A stretch of DNA of 64,000 nt, taken from NCBI RefSeq assembly GCF_036365525.1, contig NC_090381.1, positions 64,070,950 to 64,134,949 of the forward strand, in the 5' to 3' direction. Source of the stretch: Heterodontus francisci. Taxonomy: Eukaryota. Position 1 is the stretch's first letter; each line of letters starts with the position of its first letter. This document shows, in pieces, positions 52,377 through 64,000 of the stretch. A program made the position numbers and the translations under genes. A model generated the notes under the pieces. That model had not been told where the DNA came from, did not search any database, and was given only the letters and a program-made list of their open reading frames with translations.

Positions 52377-52465
52377 CTGTATGGCGCCTAGGTTTTCTGT
52401 AAGCTGTTCTGCACTAGAAGCTCCCAGGAGAACTGAACTTACACCCTCATTGCGCAGACACCAAG
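52377..52465 (-). CDS. KCNAB1: Kv beta subunit, penultimate coding exon
   Basis: (A)[29 protein letters not shown]; acceptor ctttcag and donor GCAAGT; 89 nt. Confidence 0.95.
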
Positions 52466-52909
52466 CTGAAAGAGTTCGAGAAATGCTAAGGGTTAAAAAC
52501 TGAACACTAAGTTCACCAACATTTTTGCTAAAATACCACTGTGCATTGCACAATAGGACGACAAACATAATTTTATAATAGTAAAACATAAGTTAAGATT
52601 TTTCTCATATGCAAGATATTGTATTGATAGTGTTAATGGGTGGTCTGATTGTTATATCATTAGTGAGTTTCAATTCTCCAGTATTTGAATTTACTTCTCA
52701 ATTTGAACATTTTGCACGCTTTCAGTGTAGCCACTAGATGGAGCACTTTGTCACAGGTCCTTGAGCTTGAAAAACTAGAAGCAAGACCACTTCCTATTTG
52801 CTAAGCAAGTAGCACAAATGTTAGTGGCCTTGGAGAAGCACATAGTTTAAGCCTCCAATTTATAATTGTTGGTCTAAAGAAGTTGGAGAGAGAATTTGAG
52901 TCCAGGGAT

Positions 52910-53700
52910 ACATAGAAATACATAAGTTACAACTTAGAAACAGGCCATTCAGTCCATCCAGTTCTGTTGGCAATTACCCTCCAAATAGTACTAACCATAT
53001 TTGCCCACCCTTTATCCAATCCTTTTATCTCATTATCCTTCATCCACCAATTCCATCTAATCTTGAATGTAATATTGCTTCAGCCTCAACTCTGGTAGTG
53101 AAGTTCAAAGGCTCATAACTTTATGTAGCAAAGATTCTCCTGTTCTTTGTTCCAAATCTCTCACATTTAATATTGCACTTCTGGTCTTTCATTAGCCTTT
53201 CTAACTGCCTTATCTGTTTGAGGAGTTGCCTTTAATGGCTGTGAACCTGCATGCCCAATCCTTCTGCTCTTCCACAGCACCAAACATACTGCCATTCTGT
53301 GTATAGTCTTGTTATTCTTTAACCAAAATCTAACATCTCACACTTAGACATTGATTTCCACATTTAAGATTTAGCCCATTTCCCCATCTTATCAATATCC
53401 TATTGCAGCTTCCTTTGAACTTCTAAAAAATAAGCTATCTATTTTAATGCCAGCTGCAAATTTCAACACCATTCCCTCGGGCTGATTTCCAAATCACTGA
53501 TCTACATAGTGAACAGAGGTGGCCCAGAACTGAATTCTGAGACATTACTAGCTACTTTACACGACACTGAAAAACTGCCCTTAACTTCAACTCTTTATTC
53601 TCATCCTTTATAATCAATTTTCATTCCAGTTTGTTATACTCCCATTAGTTTCATGTCCTTAATTGTCTCTAATAATCTCCCATGTGGTACCATGTTAATG
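52910..53700 (-). mobile_element. Old degenerate CR1
   Basis: VPHGRLL and KFAA motifs, with a CR1-like 3' end near 52915-52950. Confidence 0.6.
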
Positions 53701-53884
53701 AGTATATACTGATCCCTGGCAGTCCAGGGCTGGGTGTACATTGATTTTCTCCCCCCACTGCCCTCCCCACCCTCACAGTCCAGGGCTGGGTGGACACTGA
53801 TTTCTGCCCCGCAGTCTTCTGCTCCTATATCTATGTTCAAAAAAGTTGACATAACCTCCAGTATTCGCCTTGATATGAAAAATC

Positions 53885-55920
53885 AGTAAGACATGAGGAA
53901 CAGGAGGCGGTGTAGACCATACAGCCCCTCGAGTCTGTTCCATCATTCAATACCATCCTGGCTGATCTTTGACCTCAACACACTTTCCCGCCCGAACCGC
54001 ATGTCCCCTGATTTCCCTCGAGTCCAGAAATCTAACCATGCATGTCAGCTTTGAATATACTCAATGACTGAGCATCCAGTCCTCTGGGGTAGAAAATACC
54101 AAAGATTCACGACCCTCTGAGTGAAGAAATTTCTCCTCATCTCTGTCCTAAATGATCAACCCCTTATCCTAAGACTATACCCATAGTTCTAGACTCTCCA
54201 GCCAGGGGAAACAATCTTTCAGCAACTACCCTGTCAAAATCTTGTGGAAAATTAAGAAGCAAAGAGATCACCTCTCATTCTTTTTAACTCCAGAGAGTAT
54301 AGACCCATTCTACTCAAGCTCTCATCATGGGACAATCCTCTCATCCCAGGAATCAATCTAGTGAACCCTCGCTGCACTGCCTCCAAAGCAAGTATATCCT
54401 TCCTTAGAAAAGGAAACCAAAACAGTGCACAATACTCCAGGTGTGGTCTCATCAAAGACCTGTCCAACTGCAGCAAGGCTTCCTTAATCTTGTACTCCAA
54501 CCCCTTGCAATAAAGACAACATATAATTTGCTTTCCCAATTGCTTGTTCTATCTGCATGCTAACTTTCTATTTCTTGTACGAGGGCACCCAAATCTCAGC
54601 ACCAAAATTTAAATGTTTCTCACCATGTAAATATTCTGTTTTTCTATTTTGCCTACCAAACTGGATAACCTTGTATTTCCCCACATTATAATCCATCTGG
54701 CACCTTATTGCCCACTTACTTAACCTATCTGTATCCCTATGCAGCCTATTTCTGTCCTTCATGTAAGTCATTAAATTCGGTTGTAAATAACTGAGACTGT
54801 AGCACTGATCCATGTGGCATCCCACTAGTTACAGCCTGACAACTTGAAAATGCCCCATTTATCCCTGCTCTCTGCTTTCTGGCTGTTAACCAATCCTCTA
54901 TCCATGCTAATATATTACCTCTAACCCCATGAACCTTCATCATGTGTAATAGTGTAATTTTATGTGGCTCCTTATCAAGTGCCTTTTGGAAATCCAAATA
55001 TACTACATCCACTGGTTCCCCTTTATCTACCCTGCTACTTACATCCTCAAAAAACACTTTTTCCGTTTAATAAAACCATGCCCAAACATATTATGATTTC
55101 TCTCTTACCCTGTATGTACCACACTCTCATTTCTCTTACCTCCTCAACACTTCCTTTAATAGTGGATGCCAGCATTCTCGCGATGACTGATGTCAGGCTA
55201 ACTGGCCTATAGTTCCCTGTTTTCTCTCTCCCTCCTTTCTTGAATAGCAGTTTTGCATTTGCTACCTTCTAGTCTGCTGGGATCATTCTCGAACCTAGGG
55301 AATTTCGGAAGATCACACCCAACACATGCACTATCCCTTTTAAAACCCTAGGAAGTAGGTGATCAGGTCCAGGGGATTTGTCAGCTTTAGTCCCATTCTC
55401 TAACACTTCTTCTCTACTGATAAAATCCTCATTCTCATTAACCCCTTAGTTCCCCACAATTTTTGATATCCTTTTTATGTCTTCTACTGTAAAGACAGAT
55501 ACAAAATATTTGTTTACTGTCTCCTTATTCATTATAATTTCTCCTGTCTCCACCTCTAAGGGACCAACTTTTGCTGCTACTCATTCTTTTTACATACTTG
55601 TAGAAGCTTTTACAATCCGTTTTGATATTTCTTGCTAGCTCTATTTTTTCCTTTTAATCAATATTTTGCTTGTCTTTTGCTGTTTTCTAAAACTCTCCCA
55701 ATCCTTAGGCTTACTACCATTTCTCACAATATTATAAGCCTCTTCTTTTAACCCAATACTATCCTTAACTTTAGTCAGCCATGGATGGCTCACTTTTCCC
55801 ATGGAGTTTTTGTTTCTCAGTGGAATGTATTTTTGTTGAGAACTTTGAATTATTTCTTTGAATGTTTGCCACTGATTAATCTATTTTTCCAATCAACCTC
55901 CGTCAACTTGTCCCTGCTTT
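53885..55920 (-). mobile_element. CR1 LINE fragment
   Basis: VDVVYLDFQKALDK, RPHLEYCALFW and LGLYSLE-like ORFs on the minus strand. Confidence 0.9.
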
Positions 55921-57103
55921 GTACCTTAAGTGGTAGCTACACATAACTTACTTTCAGTTATATTAGAGGGGAAAGAAGAATGTCTACATGGTAGTTTGAA
56001 AAAGAAATTTAAATGTTGCAAGTACAAAATTTATGAAGCCACTATAGAAAATATTTGATTTTGACATTAAAATTGTTGCATTCTGATTCATTCTAAGTAC
56101 TCTGCAATTAATATATTCCTAATCCAAAAAAAGGAATAGCAAAGTGACATTTGGATGTTCCCATAAGTTACCTTAACTTGCACTCTTCCATGTTCAACCC
56201 TGCACCACTTAGTTCACAAAGTCACTCTACCCCTTCCAGGTTCAGTTCACAAAGACACTCTACTCCATCCTTTTATGGAGATGCTCTCCTGCAGCCCTCA
56301 CTGTCCATGCTGGCATTCTTCTCCTATCCCCACTAATTCAATTCCAGACCAGTTAAGATGATGCTCTTCACTCCCCCAGTTCAGACTGGCGTTTTCCCTC
56401 TCACCTACTCTAAGAGATTAGCCTGATGCTTTCTTCCCCACTTCCTCTCATTTAATGCTGACATTCTTTTTCCTTCCACACCCAAAGTGCCATTCCCAGC
56501 TTCTCTCTCATTTCTGTCCCAAAGCACCAATCCAAGCTTCTGCTTCCTTTCCTCTCCCATTCATTTACCCCTTCCCTCCATTGTCATCTATTGCCATCTC
56601 ATTCAGTATGTCCCCCTTTGATTGCCATCCATTTGTTTCCTCCTCACCACTCCTGCCTGAGTCCAGCTGGTAGTGTATCAGACACACTGTTATATGTTGC
56701 GGCTAGTACTAGGGTGGGGATTCTGTATATGGTAGGTATGAACTCCCACTTGCAAGTCCTCCTGCTTACAATGTACAGAGGTTAATCAATCCTTGTCCTA
56801 ACACTAGCAGCAACATAGAGTGATCCAGTCTAGTACTTAGAAGTGGCATTCGGAGAGCCAATTTTTGTTAACACTGGACACCTGGGACACTGAACCCTCA
56901 CAGCTGACATACATAAAGCTAATAGAAGGTGTATGCCAGTCAATAATGGTCAACCTGAGGCTTGGGATTCAGCCCTAGGTACTCAGTTTTGGCATCAAAC
57001 AAGCTAGTTCAGATTTCACTCAATGCTATTGATTAAAGTTTACCATTTTGATTCAGAGTGGTAGTCAACATGTTATTTTTGAATCATCTGGAACTGTTCT
57101 CAC

Positions 57104-57224
57104 CTATCGCTAACTGGGGTAGCGTGCAGTTTAGTCGCTCCACAATCGGAGTGAGATCCTTCAGTTTTGCCTGCTGTCTCCTTCCTTCTTCACTGATAAT
57201 TTTGTCCTTCAGCCACTGGTAACA
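57104..57224 (-). CDS. KCNAB1: Kv beta subunit, antepenultimate coding exon
   Basis: [40 protein letters not shown](A); acceptor tttcag and donor GTGAG; 121 nt, phase compatible with the next exon. Upstream exons were not found in the window. Confidence 0.95.
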
Positions 57225-58249
57225 CTGAAATCAGAGTGCAATCTGAGCATAACTATGATTTCATTGAATATTTTTGATAATTTATTTCATTACAATAGTG
57301 GTTACATATCAAAAGTAATCCATTGGTCATGAAGCTGTTCTGGACACCCCGAGAAGGTGATAAAGCATTATATAAATGCAAGTTCTTATCTAGATGATTT
57401 AATCAAGATATTCTTTGCATATTATTTGGAACTGGGATAATGTGTATCTGAATGTCAGCTAAAGATCTTTTAAGTATTTTAATGGTTCATGAGGTGTCAA
57501 GTGTTTGTGATGCCAAATTCTACAGAACGCAAGTGGCAATTTTATATAGTACTGTTTAAAATATTATGTACATTTTTTTTTTACAAACTTCTGTTTTTAA
57601 ACTCTTGCCAGTATACTGAACACAAACATTGCTCTCTGTAACATTACAATGTACAAGTGATGTAACATTTCATCATATTCCAGCAAATCTTCATTGGCTG
57701 TGACATATTTGCATATTTAGTCATAAATTCTGTTGTGCCTGATATTTGACAGAAAAACTCCTGTTGGCTAAAGAGACTGTAATGGTGAACATTCCAGATA
57801 ACAGTGGTTTCCACAACTCCGTCCCATTTAACGGTATTGTCAGTGTAATAGGGACTTATCTGAAGATTGCCAGAATCTGAGTTTGGGCCTTCAATCAGGA
57901 CTTCAGGTATATGAAAGGACAAGTGCCCTGGGCTAGCTGCAGCAGTTGTCAGCTGAAGTATTAGCCACACAGCAGCCTATAGGAGAAGTTGATGGCTAGG
58001 ACTTTGAGGGATGGGGGCCTCTGGGAGCAAAAACAATAGGGCAGTAATAGGGGATTTTAACTACCTCAAAATTAACTGGGATAGTTTTAGTATGAAAGGC
58101 ATGGAAAGGACAGAATTCGTAAGGTGCATTCAGGAGAACATAGATTTAAAGTAAAAGCAAAATACTGCGGATGCTGGAAATCTGAAATAAAAACAAGAAA
58201 TGCTGGAATCACTCAGCAGGTCTGGCAGCATCTGTGGAAAGAGAAGCAG

Positions 58250-58286
58250 AGTTAACGTTTCGGGTCAGTGACCCTTCTTCGGAACT
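58250..58286 (-). ncRNA. Minimal hammerhead-ribozyme-like motif (pLTR copy 1)
   Basis: Reverse complement of 58955-58991. Confidence 0.6.
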
Positions 58287-58954
58287 GACAAATATTAGAA
58301 AAGTCACAGATTATAAACAAGTGAGGTGGGGGTGGGGCAAGAGATAACAAAGGAGAAGGTGCAGATTGGACCAGGCCACATAGCTGACCAAAAGGTCACG
58401 GAGCAAAGGCAAACAATATGTTAATGGTGTGTTGAAAGACAAAGCATTAGTACAGATTAGGTGTGAATACACTGAACAGTGAACATCAACGCAAGCTCGA
58501 GGAACAGCATCTCATCTACCGATTAGGCACACTACAGCCTGCCGGACTGAACATTGAGTTCAATAATTTCAGAGCATGACAGCTCCCCCCCCCCATTTTA
58601 CTTTCATTTTTAGTTATTTTTTCTTCCTTTTTTTACATTCCTTCTTACATTTTTTACAATCTTTTTTTGCATTTATTTCATTTCATCTTAGTTTGTTCAG
58701 TTTGCTTACCCACTGTTTTTTTCGGGTTGTTTTTCTTCAGGTTTGCACTTGCTGCTGTTCAATATTCAGTGTATTCACACCTAATCTGTACTAATGCTTT
58801 GTCTTTCAACACACCATTAACATATTATTTGCCTTTGCTCCGTGACCTTTTGGTCAGCTATGTGGCCTGGTCCAATCTGCACCTTCTCCTTTGTTATCTC
58901 TTGCCCCACACCCACCTCACTTGTTTATAATCTGTGACTTTTCCAATATTTGTC

Positions 58955-58991
58955 AGTTCCGAAGAAGGGTCACTGACCCGAAACGTTAACT
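58955..58991 (+). ncRNA. Minimal hammerhead-ribozyme-like motif (pLTR copy 2)
   Basis: AGTT-CCGAAGA-A-GGGTC(ACT)GACCC-GAAA-CG-TT-AACT, with a perfect stem II, a palindromic AACGTT helix-III region and a U4C core variant. Confidence 0.6.
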
Positions 58992-59739
58992 CTGCTTCTC
59001 TTTCCACAGATGCTGCCAGACCTGCTGAGTGATTCCAACATTTCTTGTTTTTATTATAGATTTAAAGTAATTGGTTGAAGGATTAGAGGGGAGATGAGAA
59101 AAATCTTTTTCACCCAGAGGGTGGTGGGGTTCTGGAACTCACTGGCTGAAAGGCTGGTAGAGGCAGAAAATCTCATCTCATTTAAAAGGTGCCTGGATGT
59201 GCACCTAAAGTGTTGTAACCTGCAGGGCTACAGACCAAATGCTGGAAAGTGGGATGAGGTTGGATGGCTTGTCTTTTTCCGGCTGGTGTAGACATGATGG
59301 GCTGAAGAGATAGAAGCTGATAGTTGCCTCCAGTGCCCAAAGAAATCAAGAAGGACATTGCTCTTCATTACTAGAATAGCTGTGGGGGAGAGAGAGACTA
59401 TCAAGGGAGTTACAGTTGAAGAATAGAACTAGTGCTTTCAGTACAGTTATGATAGAGTAAGAAAAGGGATTAAAGTCAATATAGGATCTGAGTCTGACTG
59501 AGATTAAGGGAATCAGATCACAGAACTCTGTTGCACAGCCCAAAAGAAAGAGCACAAAGCTAATAAGCAGTTGTAACCGAACACTGATATCAACAGCTGT
59601 GGTTCAGTTTGAATACAGAACGATGAACAGGCCAAGGAAGGATTGGTGCTGGTACCTGTACTTGTATTGATTGCAACTTTTGGTTGGTACTAGGATAGTT
59701 GTGTCAAATGGTGGCAACTAAGTGTTATCTTAATTTACA

Positions 59740-62700
59740 GTTGAATTAGGCCAATAAATCTGGAATTAAAAGCTAGTCTAATGATGACAATGAAACCATT
59801 GTCGATTGTTGTAAAAACCCATTTGGTTCACTAATGTCCTTTAGGGAAGGAAATCTGCTGTCCTTACCTGGTCTGGCCTATATGTGACTCCAGACCCACA
59901 GCAATGTGGTTAACTCTTACATGCCCTCTGAAATGGCCTAGCAAGCCACTCAGTTGTACCTAACCGCCACGAAGTTAATAAAAAGGAATGAAATTGGACG
60001 GACCACCCGGAAACGACAACGGCAAACCCAGCCCTGTCGACCCTGCAAAGTCCTCCTTACTAACATCTGGGGGCTTGTGCCAAAGTTGGGAGAGCTGTCC
60101 CCCAGACTAGTCAAGCAACAGCCTGACATAGTCATACTCACGGAATCATAACCTTACAGACAATGTCCCAGACACTGCCATCACCATCCCCTGGTATGTC
60201 CTGCCCCACCAGCAGGACAGACCCACCAGAGGTGGTGGCACAGTGGTATACAGTAGGGAGGGAGTTGCCCTGGGAGTCCTCAGCATTGACCCCGGACCCC
60301 ATGAAGTCTCACGGCATCAGGTCAAACATGGGCAATGTAACCTCCTACTGATTACCACCTACCCTTCTCCCTCAGCTGATGACTCAGTACTCCATGTTGA
60401 ACACAACTTGGAGGAAGCACTGAGGGTGGCAAGGGCACAAAATGTACTCTGGGTGGGGGACGTCAATGTCCATCACCAAGAGTGGCTCGGTAGCACCACA
60501 GCTGGCCGAGTCCTAAAGGACATAGCTGCTAGACTGGGTCTGCGGCAGGTGGTGAGGGAACCAACACGAGGGAAAAACATACTTGACCTCATCCTCACCA
60601 ATCTGCCTGCCGCAGATGCTTCTGTCCATGACTATATTGGTAGGAGTGACCACCGCACAGTCCTTGTGGAGACGAAGTCCCGCCTTCACATTGAGGATAC
60701 CGTCTATCGTGTTGTGTGGCACTACCACTGTGCTAAATGGGATAGATTTCGAACAGATCTAACAATGCAAAACTGGGCATCCATGAGGTGCTGTGGGCCA
60801 TCAGCAGCAGCAGAATTGTACTCGACTACAATCTGTAACCTCATAGCCCGGCATATCCCCCACTCTACCATTACCATTAAGCGAGGAGACCAACCCTGGT
60901 TCAATGAAGAGTGCAGGAGGGCATGCCAGGAGCAGCACCAGGCATACCTCAACATGAGGTGTCAACCTGGTGAATCTACAACACAGGACTATCTGCGTGC
61001 CAAACTGCGTAAACAGCATGCAATAGAGCTAAGCGATCCCATAACCAACGGATCAGATCTAAGCTCTGCAGTCCTGCTCCAGCCGTGAATGGTGGTGGAC
61101 AATTAAATAACTGGAGGAGGTGACTCCACAAATATCCCCATCCTCAATGATGGGGGAGCCCAGCACATCAGTGCGAAAGGTAAGGCTGAAGCATTTACAA
61201 CAATCTTCAGCCAGAGGTGCCGAGTTGATGATCCATCTCGGCCTCCTCCTGAAGTCCCCAGCATCAGAGATGCAATCTTCAGCCAGAGGTGCCGAGTTGA
61301 TGATCCATCTCGGTCTCCTCCTGAAGTCCCCAGCATCACAGATGCCAGACTTCAGCAAATTCGATTCACTCTGCGTGATATCAAAAGACTACTGAAGACA
61401 CTGGATACAGCAAAAGCTATGGGCCCTGACAAGATTCCGGCAATAGTACTGAATACCTGTGCTCCAGAACTTGCCGCGCCCCTATCCAAGCTGTTCCAGT
61501 ACAGCTACAACACTGGCATCTACCCTGCAATATGGAAAATTGCCCAGGTATGTCCTGTACACAAAAAGCAGGACAAGTCCAACCCGGCCAATTACCGCCT
61601 CATCAGTAAAGTGATGGAAGGTGTCATCAACAGTGCCATCAAGTGGCACTTGCTCAGCAATAACCTGCTCAGTGACGCTCAGTTTGGGTTCCGCCAGGGC
61701 CACTCAGCTCCTGACCTCATTACAGCCTTGGTTCAAACATGGACAAAAGAGCTGAACTCAAGAGGTGAGGTGAGAGAGTCTGCCCTTGACATCAAGGCAG
61801 CATTTGACCGAGTATGTCCTCAAGGAGCCTAGCAAAACTGAGGTCAATGGGAATCACGGGGGAAACCCTCCGCTGGCTGGAGTCATACCAAGCGCAAAGG
61901 AAGATGGTTGTGGTTGTTGGAGGTCAATCATCTGAGCTCCAGGACATCACTGCAGGAGTTCCTCAGGGTAGTGTCCTAGGCCCTACCATCTTCAGCTGCT
62001 TCATCAAGGACCTTCCTGCAATCATAAGGTCAGAAGTGGGGATGTTCGCTGATGATTGCACAATGTTCAGCACCATTCGTGACTCCTCAGATACTGAAGC
62101 AGTCCGTGTAGAAATGCAGCAAGACTTGGACAATATCCAGGCTTGGGCTGATAAGTGGCAAGTAACATTCGTGCCACACAAGTGCCAGGCAATGACCATC
62201 TCCAACAAGAGAGAATCTCACCATCTCCCCTTGACATTCAACGGCATTACCATCGCTGAATCCCCCACTATCAACATCCTAGGGGCTACCATTGACCAGA
62301 AACTGAACTGGAGTAGCCATATAAATACCGTGGCTACAAGAGCAGGTCAGAGGCTAGGAATCCTGAGGCGAGTAACTCACCTCCTGACTCCCCAAAGCCT
62401 GTCCACCATCTACAAGGCACAAGCCAAGAGTATGATGGAATACTCTCCACTTGCCTGGATGGGTGCAGCTCCAACAACACTCAAGAAGCTCGACACCATC
62501 CAGGACAAAGCAGCCCGCTTGATTGGCACCCCATCTATAAACATTCACTCCCTCCACCACCGACGCACAGTGGCAGCAGTGTGTACCATCTACAAGATGC
62601 ACTGCAGCAATGCATCAAGGCTCCTTAGACAGCACCTTCCAAACCCGTGACCTCTACCAACTAGAAGGACAAGGGCAGAAAATGCATGGGAACACCACCA

Positions 62701-62945
62701 ACTGCAAGTTCCCCTCCAAGTCACACACCATATTGACTTGGAATTATATCGCCGTTCCTTCACTGTCGCTGGGTCAAAATCCTGGAACTCCCTTCCTAAC
62801 AGCACTGTGGGTATACCTACCCCAAATGGACTGCAGCGGTTCAAGCAGGCAGCTCACCACCACCTTCTCAAGGGCAATTAGGGATGGGCAATAAATGCTG
62901 TCCTAGCCAGTGACGCCCACATCCCTGAATGAATAAATAAAAAAT
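59740..62945 (+). mobile_element. Near full-length single-ORF CR1-group LINE (APE endonuclease + RT), frameshifted
   Basis: EN motifs LTNIWGL, DIVILTE, GDVNVH, LDLILT and SDH; RT motifs QFGFR, LDIKAAFD, GVPQGSVLGP and MFADD; tail GAATGAATAAATAAAAAA. Confidence 0.97.
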
Positions 62946-63157
62946 GCACTTCTGTAAATAGTAGTAAAAGACTGGTTGCCAGCGAGTAGGAACATACTCT
63001 TACTTTAGATAACATAATTATACTTATTTGTAACAGGTGAATTGGGGTGGGTAATGTGCAATCTTAGGGATGAGTTAATATCATAAATTGCAAGAGCAAA
63101 ATGTAATAAAGTTTGTACAAGGCATGTCACATGCTTGTCTCATTCAATGAAATAAAA

Positions 63158-63870
63158 GTGGCTCAAATGCAGATGGTGCAGTGGACTGGGGCAGAATGAA
63201 GGCATCGGGACTGCTGCTAGGATACTGGGCTTTGACTGGCATGAATATGGTCACACACTAGCTGGACACTGAGTGAATGGAATCCCTTTTGGTTGTGCTG
63301 CATCTCAGGATTGGCATGTGGCACTTGAAAAGTGACGTGTGTCGTCAGTGGCACTCTGCACCATGGGGTAGCTCGCTATCCTGGTGAAGCTGCGTGCTCG
63401 CTCTGGCTGCTTCTTTCTGACAAGAGAGAATGAAATATATTCAGCTCTCTTTGCACACTGAGCCCCAGTGACCTCCTTTATGAAACAATGGATGGCAAAC
63501 AGCAAGATTTTGCCTGCACCAGCTGAGAAGGAGCCCAACACACAAAACTGGCAATATCATCCTGACCTTTCTCTGAGCTGCAGTTCTTGTTGCAACTGGT
63601 GGCAGATTTAATGAGGACATCCTGAGTGAAGCGGAGACGTCTGACACTGTTTCTTGCTGAGTTTGCATCAGGAGAATTGTTCCCTGAACACCCTGGCTGG
63701 CTATGGCCTGGCAATTCGTCCTCCTCAATGTTGCCTCTGCTCATTTTCCTGTCATGCTACAGGCCAAGGGGATAGAAGCTACTGCTCTTATGTCTGGGGG
63801 TAAGTGGTCTAAGCCGAATCCTTGAAGTAAGGACAAATTCCTTCATATGCTACAGTGCCAGAGACCCACA
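63158..63870 (-). pseudogene. PIF/Harbinger (HARBI1-like) transposase relic
   Basis: Minus-strand pieces RVFREQFS, RRLRFT, GSFSAGAG, FAIHCFIKEVT, YPMVQSATDDT, FHSLSVQLVCDH and YPSSSPDAFIL, with stops and frameshifts. Confidence 0.85.
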
Positions 63871-64000
63871 GGTGAAAGCGATGGCAGGGAGTCAGAGAAA
63901 GCACTGGGAACAAATCAACAAAAACAAAATTAAGGAGTGGCATCACAAGACAGCCAATTAGTGACTGGTTGTTTGGAGAGCCCTGACTTGAGGAGCACAT

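Larger units (their letters stand above)
58155..59055 (+). mobile_element. Truncated Penelope-like element with inverted pLTR
   Basis: GIY-YIG C-terminus QRKLEEQHLIYRLGTLQPAGLNIEFNNFRA* (58487-58579), 300-bp inverted arms at 58186-58485 and 58756-59055, and the exact 15-bp TSD ATAGATTTAAAGTAA (58140-154 and 59056-070). Confidence 0.92.
58030..59306 (+). mobile_element. Internally deleted CR1 relic hosting the Penelope insertion
   Basis: The endonuclease motif VIGDFNY..INW...CIQEN (58040-58140) is joined to the 3' end RKIFFTQRVVGFWNSL (59070-59306). Confidence 0.75.

Noticed and set aside
52466-52589. N-terminal part of the 75-aa ORF (MFYYYKIMF...)
   Set aside because: Intronic sequence upstream of the KCNAB1 acceptor.
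56211-56263. Short direct repeats (AGTTCACAAAG.CACTCTAC twice; similarly 53721/53777)
   Set aside because: Two-copy local slippage duplications in intronic or TE-derived DNA, with no further structure.
60243-62650. Active autonomous LINE or domesticated RT gene
   Set aside because: Multiple frameshifts split the EN-RT ORF.

Overview
Repeat-rich vertebrate genomic DNA, very probably from a cartilaginous fish (shark/ray), judging by HE1-type V-SINEs, Deu-domain SINEs and abundant CR1 LINEs. Two host genes can be rebuilt by hand. The first is a complete 5-exon SSR3 (TRAP-gamma, 185 aa, + strand, CDS 33757-41740) with a CpG-island promoter and a U12-type last intron. The second is the last three coding exons of a convergent Kv-beta gene (KCNAB1 by synteny, - strand, 50289-57224), whose last intron has a GC donor. 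The most striking structure is an ~8.2-kb array of a 25-bp monomer (8563-16784). It has kb-scale internal duplications, appears to have arisen inside an old SINE-like element, and carries a forkhead-type GTAAACA motif in nearly every unit. Two Penelope-like insertions with 15-bp TSDs carry minimal hammerhead-ribozyme motifs; one forms a 300-bp inverted repeat in a KCNAB1 intron and the other sits in the SSR3 upstream region. The rest is CR1, single-ORF CR1-group, L2, RTE and Tx1 LINE relics, SINEs, and PIF/Harbinger relics and MITEs, several of them nested. Most ORFs in the supplied track are TE fragments or noise. All family assignments come from motif recognition by eye, with no database search, and TE boundaries are approximate.
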